A DNA stretch of 49,342 nucleotides, the filler included, from Jimgerdemannia flammicorona (taxonomy: Eukaryota), in assembly GCA_003990765.1 (NCBI GenBank). It is 2 parts of 2 records of this genome, joined end to end, with 100 filler letters (N's around TTAATTAATTAA, not from the genome) between each part and the next. Parts side by side here need not be neighbours in the genome. Positions count along the whole stretch, not along the records: positions 1 to 24,622 come from RBNJ01000950.1; 1 more part is not named here. One strand, written 5' to 3'. Below, piece by piece: positions 1-11,106 of the stretch. Position 1 is the stretch's first letter, and each line of letters opens with the position of its first letter. The notes under the pieces were generated by a model. The model did not search any database, had not been told where the DNA came from, and saw nothing but the letters and a program-made list of their open reading frames with translations. Position numbers and translations under genes: made by a program.

Positions 1-2003
1 ACCCAATCGATCATGGGGTTCTCTTGTTTTAACCATGGAGTTCCAAGGATGATTTCATTGTCAGGAAGTGGTACGATTTGGAGGGTAACATGTACTCGGT
101 AGTTGCCAATTCGGAAGGGTAGATTGCGGACTTCTTTGCTAATAACATGTGAGGTTCCATCTGCTGTAGCAACTGCTTGAGTTTGCTGTACTGGGGAGGT
201 GAAGACCTTGAGTCTGTTGGCTGTCTCCTCATTGATGAAATTGCCTGAGGCACCACTGTCTATCATAATCTTGACAGGTGCTCCGTTGACAAAAGCCTTA
301 AGGGTGAGCAGTTTGTCTGATCCAATAGTGGTGATTTCAGTTGTAGGAGCCTTTCTTCTGTTGGTTCTTCTTTGAGCCAGTTCGTTGACACAAGAGAAGC
401 AATCATCAATCATTCGGGAAGAGTACATTCCAATACCATGAGGGCATCAGCCACTTGGTACATATCCATCTTCTATCTTCTTATAGAATTGCTCTTCTTT
501 GCTTATGGTAGGTTGGGCTGGTGCTTTGTTTGATGAGCCAAATCCTTAGGATCCTCGGATGGTGGGTAGTAGTTCAGGGACTTCCTTGACTGTCAAGGTT
601 GACTCAATTTTTTCGAATAGGATCTGGGCGATGCAGAAACCAATAGGGATCTTGAAGGGTGTCCAACTGTGATTTCGGATGAGGACAATGATTTCGCCTG
701 TATAATCTTCGTCAATGACTCCTCCTTCTACTGAGAGTCCTTTCAGCGCTAGGCTGCTGCAACAGCATATTCTTCCAATATGTCCTTCAGGGATTTGGAT
801 ACTGATTCCTGTAAAGACTTGTTTGACTTCTCAGTTAGAAACTGTAGCTTCTTCAGCTGCATACAGGTCATATCCGGCTGCTTTTTGACTTCCTTTGGTT
901 GGGGCCTTAGCAGTTTGTCTTAACTTGACAAAGTCTAGTATTCTGGTAGTCAGGTTGTTGAGGTGGTGCAGAGTTGTAACAGTTGCTCGTGTTGCTGTTC
1001 GGGGTTTTCGGTTGGGGCAGGCACTGGCCATGTGTCCTGTCTTTCGGCAATAGAAGCACGCTCCGCTTCTTCGAAGTTCATTTCTTTCGCCTTCAGTAAG
1101 TTTCTTGAAGGTACTGGGCTGGGTAGGTTCAGGATTTCTGGGTGTCCACGAGATGGATGTGGAGGGAGCTCGAGATGCTTCATGCTTGGGTTCTTCTTTC
1201 TTGGTCCAAGTCTTTTCCTTGTTGTTGAATTGCCTTCGGGGCAGAATTGGTCCAGCTGTTAGGATTCGCTTGACCATGGTCTTGATTCTTGCTAGGCACC
1301 ATTGTTGGTGGTCACAACCAACTGGGCGGCCTTGTTCTCGGATTTTTCTAGTAAGCCATTCAGGTAGTATATCGAATAAATGGTCTGCTCTTGTACCATT
1401 TCGTGCTTCATCATTGGCAATGTATCCTAGGCCAATAGTGTTCAGGAGTGACTCGAGTTTTGTACAGAAAGTTTCGAATTCTTCCTTGCCATGTACATCA
1501 AATTTGAGGTTGCGGAGTTTTACTCGAGATTCAGCAATCATGGTCTTGCTACGATATTGAGCAATTATGAGTTGTTTGAGTCTAGGGGCTGTAGGACGGG
1601 CTGCATATCCTGGGGCATTGTTTGCTGCATTCTGGGCAACTACTGCAGGTCGGGTATCCTATGTGAGGGGTTTTTCAGGAAGGGTTCACCACCATTCTTC
1701 GGCAGGTCCTCGGAAGAATATAACAACTCAGCAGACATAGGCTGTAGTTGTAGCAAAGAGTTGTTCCAGGGTGTGGTCTTGATTGTTTGTCAGAAAGCGG
1801 TCAGCAACTCGCTCATTGGTCCATTGATTGGCTTCAAAGTTGGTGTCAACTACACTGATGAAGCTTTGGACTTCTTGTGCGGTACCATTGAAAGTAGGTA
1901 GGCTCAGATTTTTGGTAGGTCGGGTCTGTTCAGCTAAGGCAGTAATGGTTGCTGCCATTATAGCTACTTGGGCTGTGAGATCCAGAATCTGTTGGTTCGC
2001 CAT
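1..2003 (-). pseudogene. gag-dUTPase-protease part of the A1 polyprotein, one reading frame with a few in-frame stops
   Basis: ATG 2003 (MANQQ..LPTFNG), ORF 1541-831 and the protease D codon at 260 are all in one frame. Stops at 1728 and 831 are TGA, compatible with CGA deamination. Confidence 0.9.
533..940 (-). pseudogene. dUTPase domain of A1
   Basis: AAGYDL, SSLALKG, GVIDEDYTGEI, IAQILF, RGS*GFGSS correspond to trimeric dUTPase motifs I-V. Confidence 0.93.
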
Positions 2004-2949
2004 GTTGTTGACTGGAGGCGGTTGGACTGCGGGTAGTGGTGTTACTGGTACTACTTGAGGTACTGGTGCAGAGTGTGATGGGGTTCTTTGGGTCTGTGTA
2101 AGTTGCTGGAGTAGTAGTTGTGGATCTGGAGTGAGGGCTTGATAGATGGCTGTTTGTTGCTGTGTAGGTGTATTCTGTCCTGATGGATGTGTGTCTCCTT
2201 CAGTGGTATATCCGGGATCAAATTCAGTGAGATACTCCTCCTCTTCTTCGGTTTGGTCCCCGTGTAATTGGGTTTGCTCGGCGTCAAAGTAGACAGAATC
2301 AGTTGTATATCTGATCTCAGATGGACTTAATTCAAAGTCAAGTTCAGGTTCGGTATTGGTTTCAGATTCAGGTAGGGTTGTAGTAGGGCCTGCTTCAGGT
2401 TCGGGGTTAGGTAGTTGATGAAGGGTTTCTCTTGCTTCTTCTTTAAGGATATGGCGGGCCTTGCTGTTCTGGAATTGGTAGTATAAGGCGGTCTTGGTCC
2501 TGGTGTGGTGAAAGTTGGTAGAGTTAAGCCACTTGGCTATAGAGGCTTGGGCTTCATGAGGAACTAAGGCTAGAAAGACTGCTGCTGGTTACCCTAGGTT
2601 GCTCAGATTTGTAGAGCTGACAAAACTCTTGTTGAGAAGAGTAAAGAAGGCTTCAATAAGACCTTCTTCATCTTGACTTGCTGGGTGTAGTGCAAGGAGT
2701 TCGGTGAATAGGGTTTCGCCTATTTGCTGGTTTAACTTAAGTACTTCTTTCTTTGAATGAAGTTTATCCCACTTGTTGCAGGTGTGGAGGTCAAATTGTC
2801 CTTATACGTCAGGTTCAATTCTCTCCAGATTGTCAGATTGTTCAGATAAATTCTAGTTCAGAGGTTGGGCTTTATACCAACTTGTAGAAATTTGCAAAAG
2901 GGTTTATAGTGGGGTGAGGAAGCGTCTTGAAGTGGAATTGGATTGTAAA

Positions 2950-2961
2950 CCGCTGCTACCA
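2950..2961 (-). promoter_or_regulatory. Primer-binding site, probably tRNA-iMet
   Basis: TGGTAGCAGCGG, 3 nt inside the LTR end; complementary to a tRNA 3' end ...GCTACCA typical of initiator Met tRNA. Confidence 0.8.
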
Positions 2962-3420
2962 AGTTGTAAGAGGGTTACTTTTTAGGGTAACTGTTACATA
3001 GTTCTGGAAAGGTTTTCTGGATATTCTGGATGTTCTGGAAGACCATTTTCTTATGGTCAGGATCAATTTTGTATGGAGTATGTCCTCTACGCTTATTGAT
3101 TTCAAGATTGGGTTGATGTCTCAACCAAAGTCCTTTTCCAGACTAGTTCTGGATGTTCAGGATTTTCCGTATTTCAGGAAGTTCAAGAAACTAAGACCAG
3201 CTTAGTTGAATTGGCGTATCGCTGCAGACAATACTCAATTAGGAAATTTCGTGACAGGGTTAGGAGTGGGACCTAACAGGGAGCAGATTTACTTAAGAGT
3301 GGTTTGTGGGTTATGGAATAGGTTTATTTGCTATTCATGATATTGCTATACTAGGAGTATTTGTGTGAAGGGATATTGTGGGGAAGTGCTCAGGAGTTGT
3401 GTTCGGATTGTTCAAGCCTG

Positions 3421-3490
3421 TTTGAGTCTGTTTGAGTCTGTTTGAGTCTGTTTGAGTCTGTTTGAGTCTGTTTGAGTCTGTTTGAGTCTG
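3421..3490. repeat. (TTTGAGTCTG)7 perfect 10-bp tandem repeat in the LTR, just downstream of the TATA box
   Basis: Seven exact copies; other LTR copies have only 1-2 degenerate units. Confidence 0.97.
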
Positions 3491-3712
3491 TGATTCTGAG
3501 GTCTGGGGGAGGGGGTATTTATACTAGTGAGGGGCTATCTGGACTATGCTAGATATGGATGTAGCACTAAGTGCCTTGCTGAGTTGGAATGCAGTCACAT
3601 AGTACAAGTGTGATCTGACATGTCAAGAGATCATCTGACTGCTGAGTCAGTTCACAGTCATATCATACAAGGCTAATCTAACTATGTTATGACTGCTAGA
3701 CTATTTATAGGT

Positions 3713-4828
3713 TTAGGCACTATCTGGGTAGTCCTCGATGACATCACCATTGATTGTATCATCTCTGATGAAGTAGTCATCTAGGAATAATGGTTCGCGG
3801 ATTACTTCTCCTTGTTGGCTGAGGTAATAATATATTGGAACTTCGTCTCCATCCCACAGGATAGCATCATCTGTTTTGTATGCTGGATAAGGTGTTGGTG
3901 GGCAAAGGATGGGTGTACTGTCTTCACTTTCATCGGATTCGCTATCTGCATACCTTCTATAGGTTACAGTACTATAAGTCGCGGGGTTATAGTAAGCTGG
4001 TGGCTGTGGTTCATGTCGCTCGTACTCGGGTGGTGGAGTGGTTGGTTTGATCTCGAGGGTTGTCTGAAGGTACAGGTTGTGTTCTCCAGTCTCTTCATTG
4101 TAATTGAAGTAATCAGGGGTAAACGCGGGTTGGTATTCGTACCAGTGGTCATTGTCCCAATAAGTCTCGTATGCAGTTATGAACTGTTGTAAGTTCATCG
4201 GCAAGGTTGGCGGAGTGATCAGGGTTGGCAGAGATCCTGGGCTAGAGGTCATGTTGGTGTCAGAGGGATCATTGTCTTCTGCTTCATCTTCATCGAAGTG
4301 GATTATATCGTAGACGTCCTTCATGGTATATCCGACTTGAGGCATTTGCAGGATGTGGTCATCAGGGTGTGGAAAGGTTCTGTCTGTAGTTTCGATGTAC
4401 TCGAGGTACTTGTGGTTGAGTTCTTGTATCATGTCATCAATTTGGCTGTAGGACAGGGTAGCAACCATTTCGCTGGTAGTAACTCAGAGGTGGGGAATAA
4501 AGGCGTTGTACTCGTAGAAGAGTTCTCGATGTTTGCAGGTGATAAGCTTCTGGTGTTGGGATATCTGAGTAAGATCTGTATCATAGTGGTGTTCGACTAT
4601 GTCTTCCAGGAGGCAGCCGATCTGGTAGTAGCTTGAGATTTGTCCGATTCGGTGAGCCTCATTAAGCATGTTCAGGGCATTCCATCGGGCTTCCACGAAG
4701 TAGAGGGGTGCCAGGCTATGGATATTCATGAGGGGCAGAGGGGGTGTGGCTCGGTTGACAATAGCATTCCAAATGTCAGTGCAGATGCGGTTGTAGATCT
4801 CAGTGGTCATGTTTGTGTGTTTGGACAT
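3713..4828 (-). CDS. LTR(U3)-encoded acidic, Pro/Tyr-rich protein of unknown function (~371 aa, one internal TGA at 4484-4486)
   Basis: ORFs 4484..4867 and 3713..4468 are in one frame. The stop is a sense codon (Q) in the 20139-21371 copy. Contains PPEY and PPAY. Confidence 0.75.
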
Positions 4829-5067
4829 TGTGGTTGTTGTTTGTTTTGGTTCTCTGATTCGACACATCTCGGTGCTCGGTATATATGCATTTGGTCCTGA
4901 TTGGTAAGGTTCCGTTTGTGTAGATCTTGTGTTCTGTAACTTCGTATTAACTCAGCTTTGTGCGCTGTGACTTCGGTTTGACTCAGCTTTGTGATCAAGC
5001 AGGTGATTTCCAGATTTGTTCAGAGGGTGATGTATAATTTCGGTGGCTTGGAGGTTGTGCGCTTACA

Positions 5068-8000
5068 AGAACTGACCCATAGACTGACAAGTAGATGCCC
5101 AAGTACTACACTATCTCACTAGTGGGGATGATTGCTCCTATAACTTCTCCTTCCACCAGACCATTGCCTAGCACTATTGTTTCACACTTGTACCAATTCA
5201 GCTTAATCCCAGAGTTCTCCTCATACTATTCCACTGTCTTCTTGAGCTCCTCAATATCAGTAATCGATCACAAACCAATCACCATATCATCTGCAAAGGC
5301 CCCAACTTTCCACCCAATTCTATAGATAGAGAGCCCTGCTATCTTTCACCTAATCCTGTCCATTAGGGGTTCCAGGAAAAGAGCATACAAAATGGGGGAC
5401 AGTGGGTCCCCCTGGGGCACCCTCCTATCCAGAGGGAACACTACCCCTCTATATCTATTACACATGAGTGCAGCCCTACTCCCTTTCAGTAGGCTGACCA
5501 TTATTGATTGAAATTGGCATGGAACCTCCATTCTATCCAATACCTTCACCAGCCAGACTCATTGCACCCAGTCATAAGCCTTCTTCTGGTTTAAGAAGAC
5601 TAGACACCATCCAGTCCACAGGCTCTTGTCCCTTCAATGACTCCATGTACCCAGGCTGTGCCATCTCTGATGAGCCGACCACCAACAAATCCCCTCTGCT
5701 CAATACTTACAACTTACTGGGCCACCTTCTGTAGCCTCATAACCACCACCTTAGTTATTAACTTCCTGTCCATATCAAGCAACATTATCAGCCACCAGTT
5801 CTTCCAATCCTCTCACCTTCCTTTGTTCTTATAAAGCAGTATCACCAGCCCAAGATTCTGCTCCCCCACCCATCTCCCTATCTATAATATAAAGTCACAC
5901 AATGCTGTCATCTCTCTCATCACCTCTGAGACTCCAACCATTCACTTCCAGAAGTCCCAGGGCAGACCATCCTCCCCAGGTGCCATATCTGGGATTGTTG
6001 TGGCAAGAATCTAGTGGATCTCATCTTCCTTTACAGGCATCACCAGGTCACCTAGCCCCTCTACTTATGGTGGGTACCAATCCTCTAATGTTCAGTCAAT
6101 GACAGCAGCATCTGCCCCACCCTCCTTCTCACTCCACAATCTGCTCCATCACTCCTTCAACAATCCAAGAATGCCCTATACACTATACACTAGTACACCA
6201 TCTGAGTCAAGTACCCCCTCCCACTATTGCTGTACCCTCCTTACTCTAAGGGTTCTTATAAGAAACTTGGAAGGCCTCTCCCCTTCCTCCAGCATCTGCC
6301 AATGAAGCCATGCTGCCAAACTTTGCACCCTTGCCTCCTCCTCTTCCTGCAACACCTGTTGTAGTTCTCCAACCTCTCTCTTTGCCCTCATTAATCTCCA
6401 ATCTTTGTCATCCTCCAATATTGCCAGTCTCACCCACTCCTCCAGAAGTCTAGCCAATCTAGTAGAAACCCAACATACTCTTTGCCTTCTCTGCTTCCCT
6501 ACCTCCTTGCCAGCCTCACTCCAGTAAATCTTGGCCATCTCTTTCATCCTCATCTATCAAACCTCGATTGAGGTGCCTTTCTGTTACCAGTTCTTCACCC
6601 TCAGCTGAATATCTCTAGTCTACTCATCCCACTAGAACTTGTCATCTAATAAAGAGGAATTTAGGCACCAATGTCAAGGTCCATCCCCACTTCCCCCAAA
6701 GCACCCTTATCCCAAAAGGCCCCAGTGATCTGACCATGGGCACTATTCCACCTCCAGTGACTTTCAAACATCTAGGCCCCAGCAACTGACTGTTAGAATC
6801 CAGTTGATCCTTGTCTCCAGGCTCTCAGCCCAATGCATATAAACCCTCCTATCCCCCCAGTACTCTCTACCCACATCTACCAGTATACTTAGTCTTTCTA
6901 CTTCCTCCCACATTGCCAGCCCCCCACTCCTGCTCTCAGCACCTCATCCTCCATCTATTCTATCCTTTAGTATATCCCGAACCATGTTGAAATCTCTCCC
7001 AAGCATATCTACCCCAGCCTCAGCAAGGATCTCACTCTTCTGGAGATCCTTCACCCAATCCACCTGCTCACCCCAGACAGCAGAGCAGTAACAAGAGCCA
7101 ACTGTAACTGGCTCCCAGCCTGCATGAATCCACTCACCCCAGACCAGTCTCTCCTCTCAGCTCCTCACATCCCTTATCTCCCCTCTGCCTTTCCGAATCA
7201 GAATCCCAACCTTGCCTTTCCAAATCACCATGCCTCCCCATTTCTTAGTCCATTCCATTCTATCAGAATTATCCTCACACCTGACATCCTGCAAGAGGAA
7301 GAGATCGGCCTCCAATCCCTTCAGCCAAGTAAAAATGTTCCTACATCTAGCAGTGCCCCATAACCCATTCATGTTTAAAGAAAAAATGTTAGTTGTACTG
7401 TTCATAATGAAATACATTTTGTTATCAGTCTATCTCTACTGCTCTATGTTCATCTCCTCCTGTGCCATGTCCAGATTATGTTCTGCTATTACCTCCTCCT
7501 CTTCAGCCCTCTGAGCCTCTAATCTAGCCAACAGCTCATTTATCTCCCCATCCACCTTCTCCTCAAACTCCTCCTGATACTCTATGCAAGCCTCCTGCCA
7601 AAGCTGCAATCCATGGTACTTATTTCAGTAGTATTCAGCCCTCTCTCCAGTGATCACCACCATCTCTGCCTCCTGCTCCTTGTTCACCTCATACCCCTCC
7701 TCCTTCAGATATACTGCAAGAATTTCTACCTTTAGTACTATCATCACTCCATCCCCTTGCAATATCTGTGCCCAGTGCTTATCACCCATTATTCTCAAGT
7801 CCACCTCCCCCAACTTTTCTGCTGTCAGGTTGTTCATCATCCTGTACATTCAAAGTAGGTTCCCCACCTCCTTCCCTCCAGGGGTCACTGGCCTCCCTCT
7901 ATCCAGTATTGTGGTGTCAACCCCAGTACTTGCAACCTCATCCCATACCTCCAGGATATCCACTAGTTCCTCCTCTCTGGCTGCCACCACACATCCCCCA

Positions 8001-9538
8001 TTTGTCACCTCTGGAACTCCGAATTTCACCCATTGGGTCCCCAGCATTGTCACATTCTCCACTATCTTGTTTCTAGAAGCTGGGCCTCGCCTGATAAGTG
8101 GAGAAGGGGTGGGGGAGTCCTCCCAGGCCTCCTCCCAAACCTCAAAGGTATTGTCAGCATATGGATCATTAGTAGTCACCTCCTTCTCCTTCCCTGTCTC
8201 CTTCCTGGCATTCCCCCCTCTCTCACCAGCCCAGACACTTGCTTTGGCCCCCCCCACACCCTTCATCTTGCTCGTGTTCTCCAGTGATCTGCCCTCCAGT
8301 TTAGCCAGCAGATCCTTCTGCCTTTTACATCTCTGAGCCCTCTCCCACTGCACCTTGTCCACTCAAATCCACTTTCCATCCACCACCTCCAGATGCATCG
8401 ACTCTTCAAAGGCCTTCTAAGTCTTTGTATGCCACTCCACAGCACTACCCAATTCTTTGAGCACTTCCAATAAATCCTCTTCCTCCTTCTCACTTCCCTT
8501 CACTCTTGTCACCTTATACAAGATTGCTCTCCAAACCATCACTGCAGGCCAGTCCCTCACCTTCTCAGTAGCTTCCTTTCCAGTCAGCTGAATCCTCATA
8601 TCCATATCATTAGTTCTGAGCAAGGTCCCTTCCTAGACTCTGAATCTGATATCCACTATCTCTCTATATTCTACCATGACTTTCTCAACTCTCCTTCTCA
8701 TCTCCACTGCTGTCACTATGGGCACTCCTTTCACCAGTAGTTGGACCACTCTTGGATCCTATTTCAGGCAATGTACCATCAGGACACACACCTTTCCAAC
8801 TACCAACCCCACCTTCAGTACCTCCTCCAGTGGCTCAGCCTCTTCAAAACCAACCTTCACCCCCTCTAGTCTCTTCAAAAACTTTACTGACATGGCTCCT
8901 GCCACCTGCTTAGTAATAAGCCCCAGTATCATTTTCACCATCACTACTAAGCCCTGGAAGCACAGTATAACTGCAAATACCAAGATCGATTTTTTGAGTA
9001 ATGGGGCCACTGCCAGGCCTGTCACACCATCTGTCAGATTCCCTTGTCTTCCAAGCCTTAGCCTCTCAGCCTCACCATCAGCCATTATATCTGGATTTTT
9101 TTTCAGATTGGCAGTCCCATCACTATCAGCAGTCACACTCTCCCCAGCTGCTACTCCTCCAGTTCTACTGCCCCCCCTTCCAAGGGCTCCTCCCCCACTC
9201 ACTGCTGCCTTCTTGGTCTCCTTGCCCCTCCTCAGCCAACCCTCCAGCCCTGATGCCTGCTGTCTCCCCTTCATCATCTCTGCAAAGCTTGCCCTTCCAG
9301 ACCCTTGGCCTCTGCCATTACCTCTACTCCTTCCACATTTACCCACCAGCAGCCCCCTCATACCCCCCCCCAGGCCTGGACCCCTCTCCACCTACTACCA
9401 TTCAAAAGTACTTGGGCCACTCTGCCCAGTACACACCTCAGATTATCTGTCAGTCACTATGTTGTTAGTCTCTTTTCTCCAAAAATGATATTGTAAGTAT
9501 CTTCCAAAGGTTGTGTAATCTGAATGGTACCAGAGAAA
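5068..9538 (-). mobile_element. Decayed L1/Tx1-like LINE (ORF1 ~9391-7430; ORF2 from ~7417 with AP endonuclease and RT), interrupted by A1
   Basis: APE: IFSLNMNGL, LLQD, SDH. RT: VPQGDPLSPILYALFLEPL and FADD. Colinear with 37897-43776. Confidence 0.92.
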
Positions 9539-9624
9539 GATATCTGTCCACTTGGCTTATAGATATAATAGAGTAGGTTGGGTGTTGATATACTTGAGGG
9601 ATTGATGATAAGTAATAACATCAA

Positions 9625-10195
9625 TATTATAATGTAGGGCAAGTTGGGGGATTTGTGCAGATGCTGGAACATTGGCTGGGAGAGTGTGAGATTTTGGGGG
9701 ACTTTTGGATAGAAGTAGGAAATAGGCTAGGTGTAGAGAGAAGGCCAGATGGTGTGAGAGACTGCTGGGAGGATTTGAAATCTCAGCTAGTGAGTAGTGT
9801 GGACAATAGTTGGCTCACTGTAGGGTGGGTTTTAGCAGTATGGGTGGGACTGACTAGACATTGGCTTTTTATTTTTGAGGAGGAGTAACAGATAAGTTTA
9901 TAGAAGAAGTTGTTAAGATGAGAGGGGTTGATGGGGGATCTGCTGACTGAGTGGTGGGTGGGTTGGGGTCCCCAGGATAGGTGACATCATGGTCTGGTGG
10001 AAAGGATTTATGAACAGAGTGGTGGATGGGTAGAGATGGTGTTAGACAAAGTGGCCTTTTATTGAGTAGGGGTGGAGAGAGAGGCCCCCCTTGGGGGATC
10101 AGATGAGGGGTGGACTCAATGTATTTATATGGGATAGATGGGTATTAATAAAGGAAGGAGTCCAAGTGACTATAAAAAAAAAAAAAAAAAAAAAA
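9625..10195 (+). mobile_element. 5'-truncated LINE 3' end with poly(A) tail and 15-bp TSD
   Basis: EHWLGEC C-terminal Cys/His motif, AATAAA, A-tail; TSD AAGTAATAACATCAA at 9610-9624 and 10196-10210; matches reverse complement of 37897-38470. Confidence 0.93.
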
Positions 10196-11106
10196 AAGTA
10201 ATAACATCAAACTCAACACCTTCTAAATAGTATTGCCAGTGGTCTAGTATATATATTATTACTAGTAGTTCCTTCTTATGAGTAGCTAGCTTTTGTTCAG
10301 CTGGGGCTAGCTTGTGAGACTTGAAAGTAATAGGTTGATGTTCTTTACCATTATCTTGTAATAGGACTACTCTAATAGCAAAATTCAATGTATTAGTAAT
10401 GACTGTAAATTTTAGATCTTGATCTACATTATGCAGGACTGGAGTATAGGTTAGGCAGTTCTTGAGTTCTTGAAAAACTTATTAACAGAAGAGGTCTCAG
10501 GTGTAGAGTACATAGTGGTCTGAGTGTGGGGCCTTTCTCATGAGATTAGTCAGTAGCTCAGTAATACCAGAGAAGTTTCTGACAAAGTAGTAGTAATAGC
10601 CAGCTAGACTAAGAAAGGATCAGAGTTCTGTAAGGTTTGACAGAATGGGCCATTCTTTAATTGCTGCTATCTTATATAGGTCTACTTGAATTTCTTGTAT
10701 AGAGATAATGTGGCCAAGATATTTAACTTATTCCTTAAAGAATTCACACTTCTTGAGCTTGGTGTAAAGCTTGTATTTTTGCAGGATCTCCAGGACTATT
10801 CAAATGTGTTTGAGATATTCTTCTTTAGTTGCACTAAAGATCAGAATGTTGTCAAGATATATCAACAGAAAAATAAATAGTTGGTCCTTGAATATCTTAT
10901 TTATCAGGGTCTGGAATATGACAGATATATTAGTGAGACCAAATACTAAGACCAGAAATTCATAGAGTCTAAAGAGAGTTATAAATGTAGTCTTGAGAAT
11001 ATCTTCTGACTTGATTCAGATCTGATGGTATCCTGACATGAGGTCTAACTTGGTGAAGTACTTGGCATTCTTGAGAGCATCAAAGATTTGATCAATCAAG
11101 AGTAGT

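Larger units (their letters stand above)
1..5067 (-). mobile_element. Ty3/Gypsy LTR retrotransposon family A, copy A1 (5' LTR, gag, dUTPase, protease; runs off the left edge)
   Basis: LTR bounded by TGTAAG (2965) and CTTACA (5067); PBS; CCHC knuckle CFYCRKTGHMASAC; dUTPase motifs; protease IDSGASGNFI. Colinear with 16480-21493. Interrupts the RT of the LINE at 5068. Confidence 0.95.
2965..5067 (-). repeat. 5' LTR of A1 (~2.1 kb)
   Basis: TGTAAG..CTTACA termini; homologous to 11107-13145 and 19449-21493; TATAAATA at 3523-3516 and AATAAA at 3328-3323 on the minus strand. Confidence 0.93.

Noticed and set aside
2965..3340. ATG in R/U5 (~3338) as the start of the extended Gag
   Set aside because: Appears in phase but has many stops in the least-decayed copy A1; cannot be supported without a consensus
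3713..4828. LTR ORF as a retroviral env
   Set aside because: No signal peptide, furin site or transmembrane segment visible
7650..9488. Plus-strand ORFs of 228 and 270 aa
   Set aside because: Antisense shadows of LINE ORF1; Ser/Pro/Thr-rich with no domain
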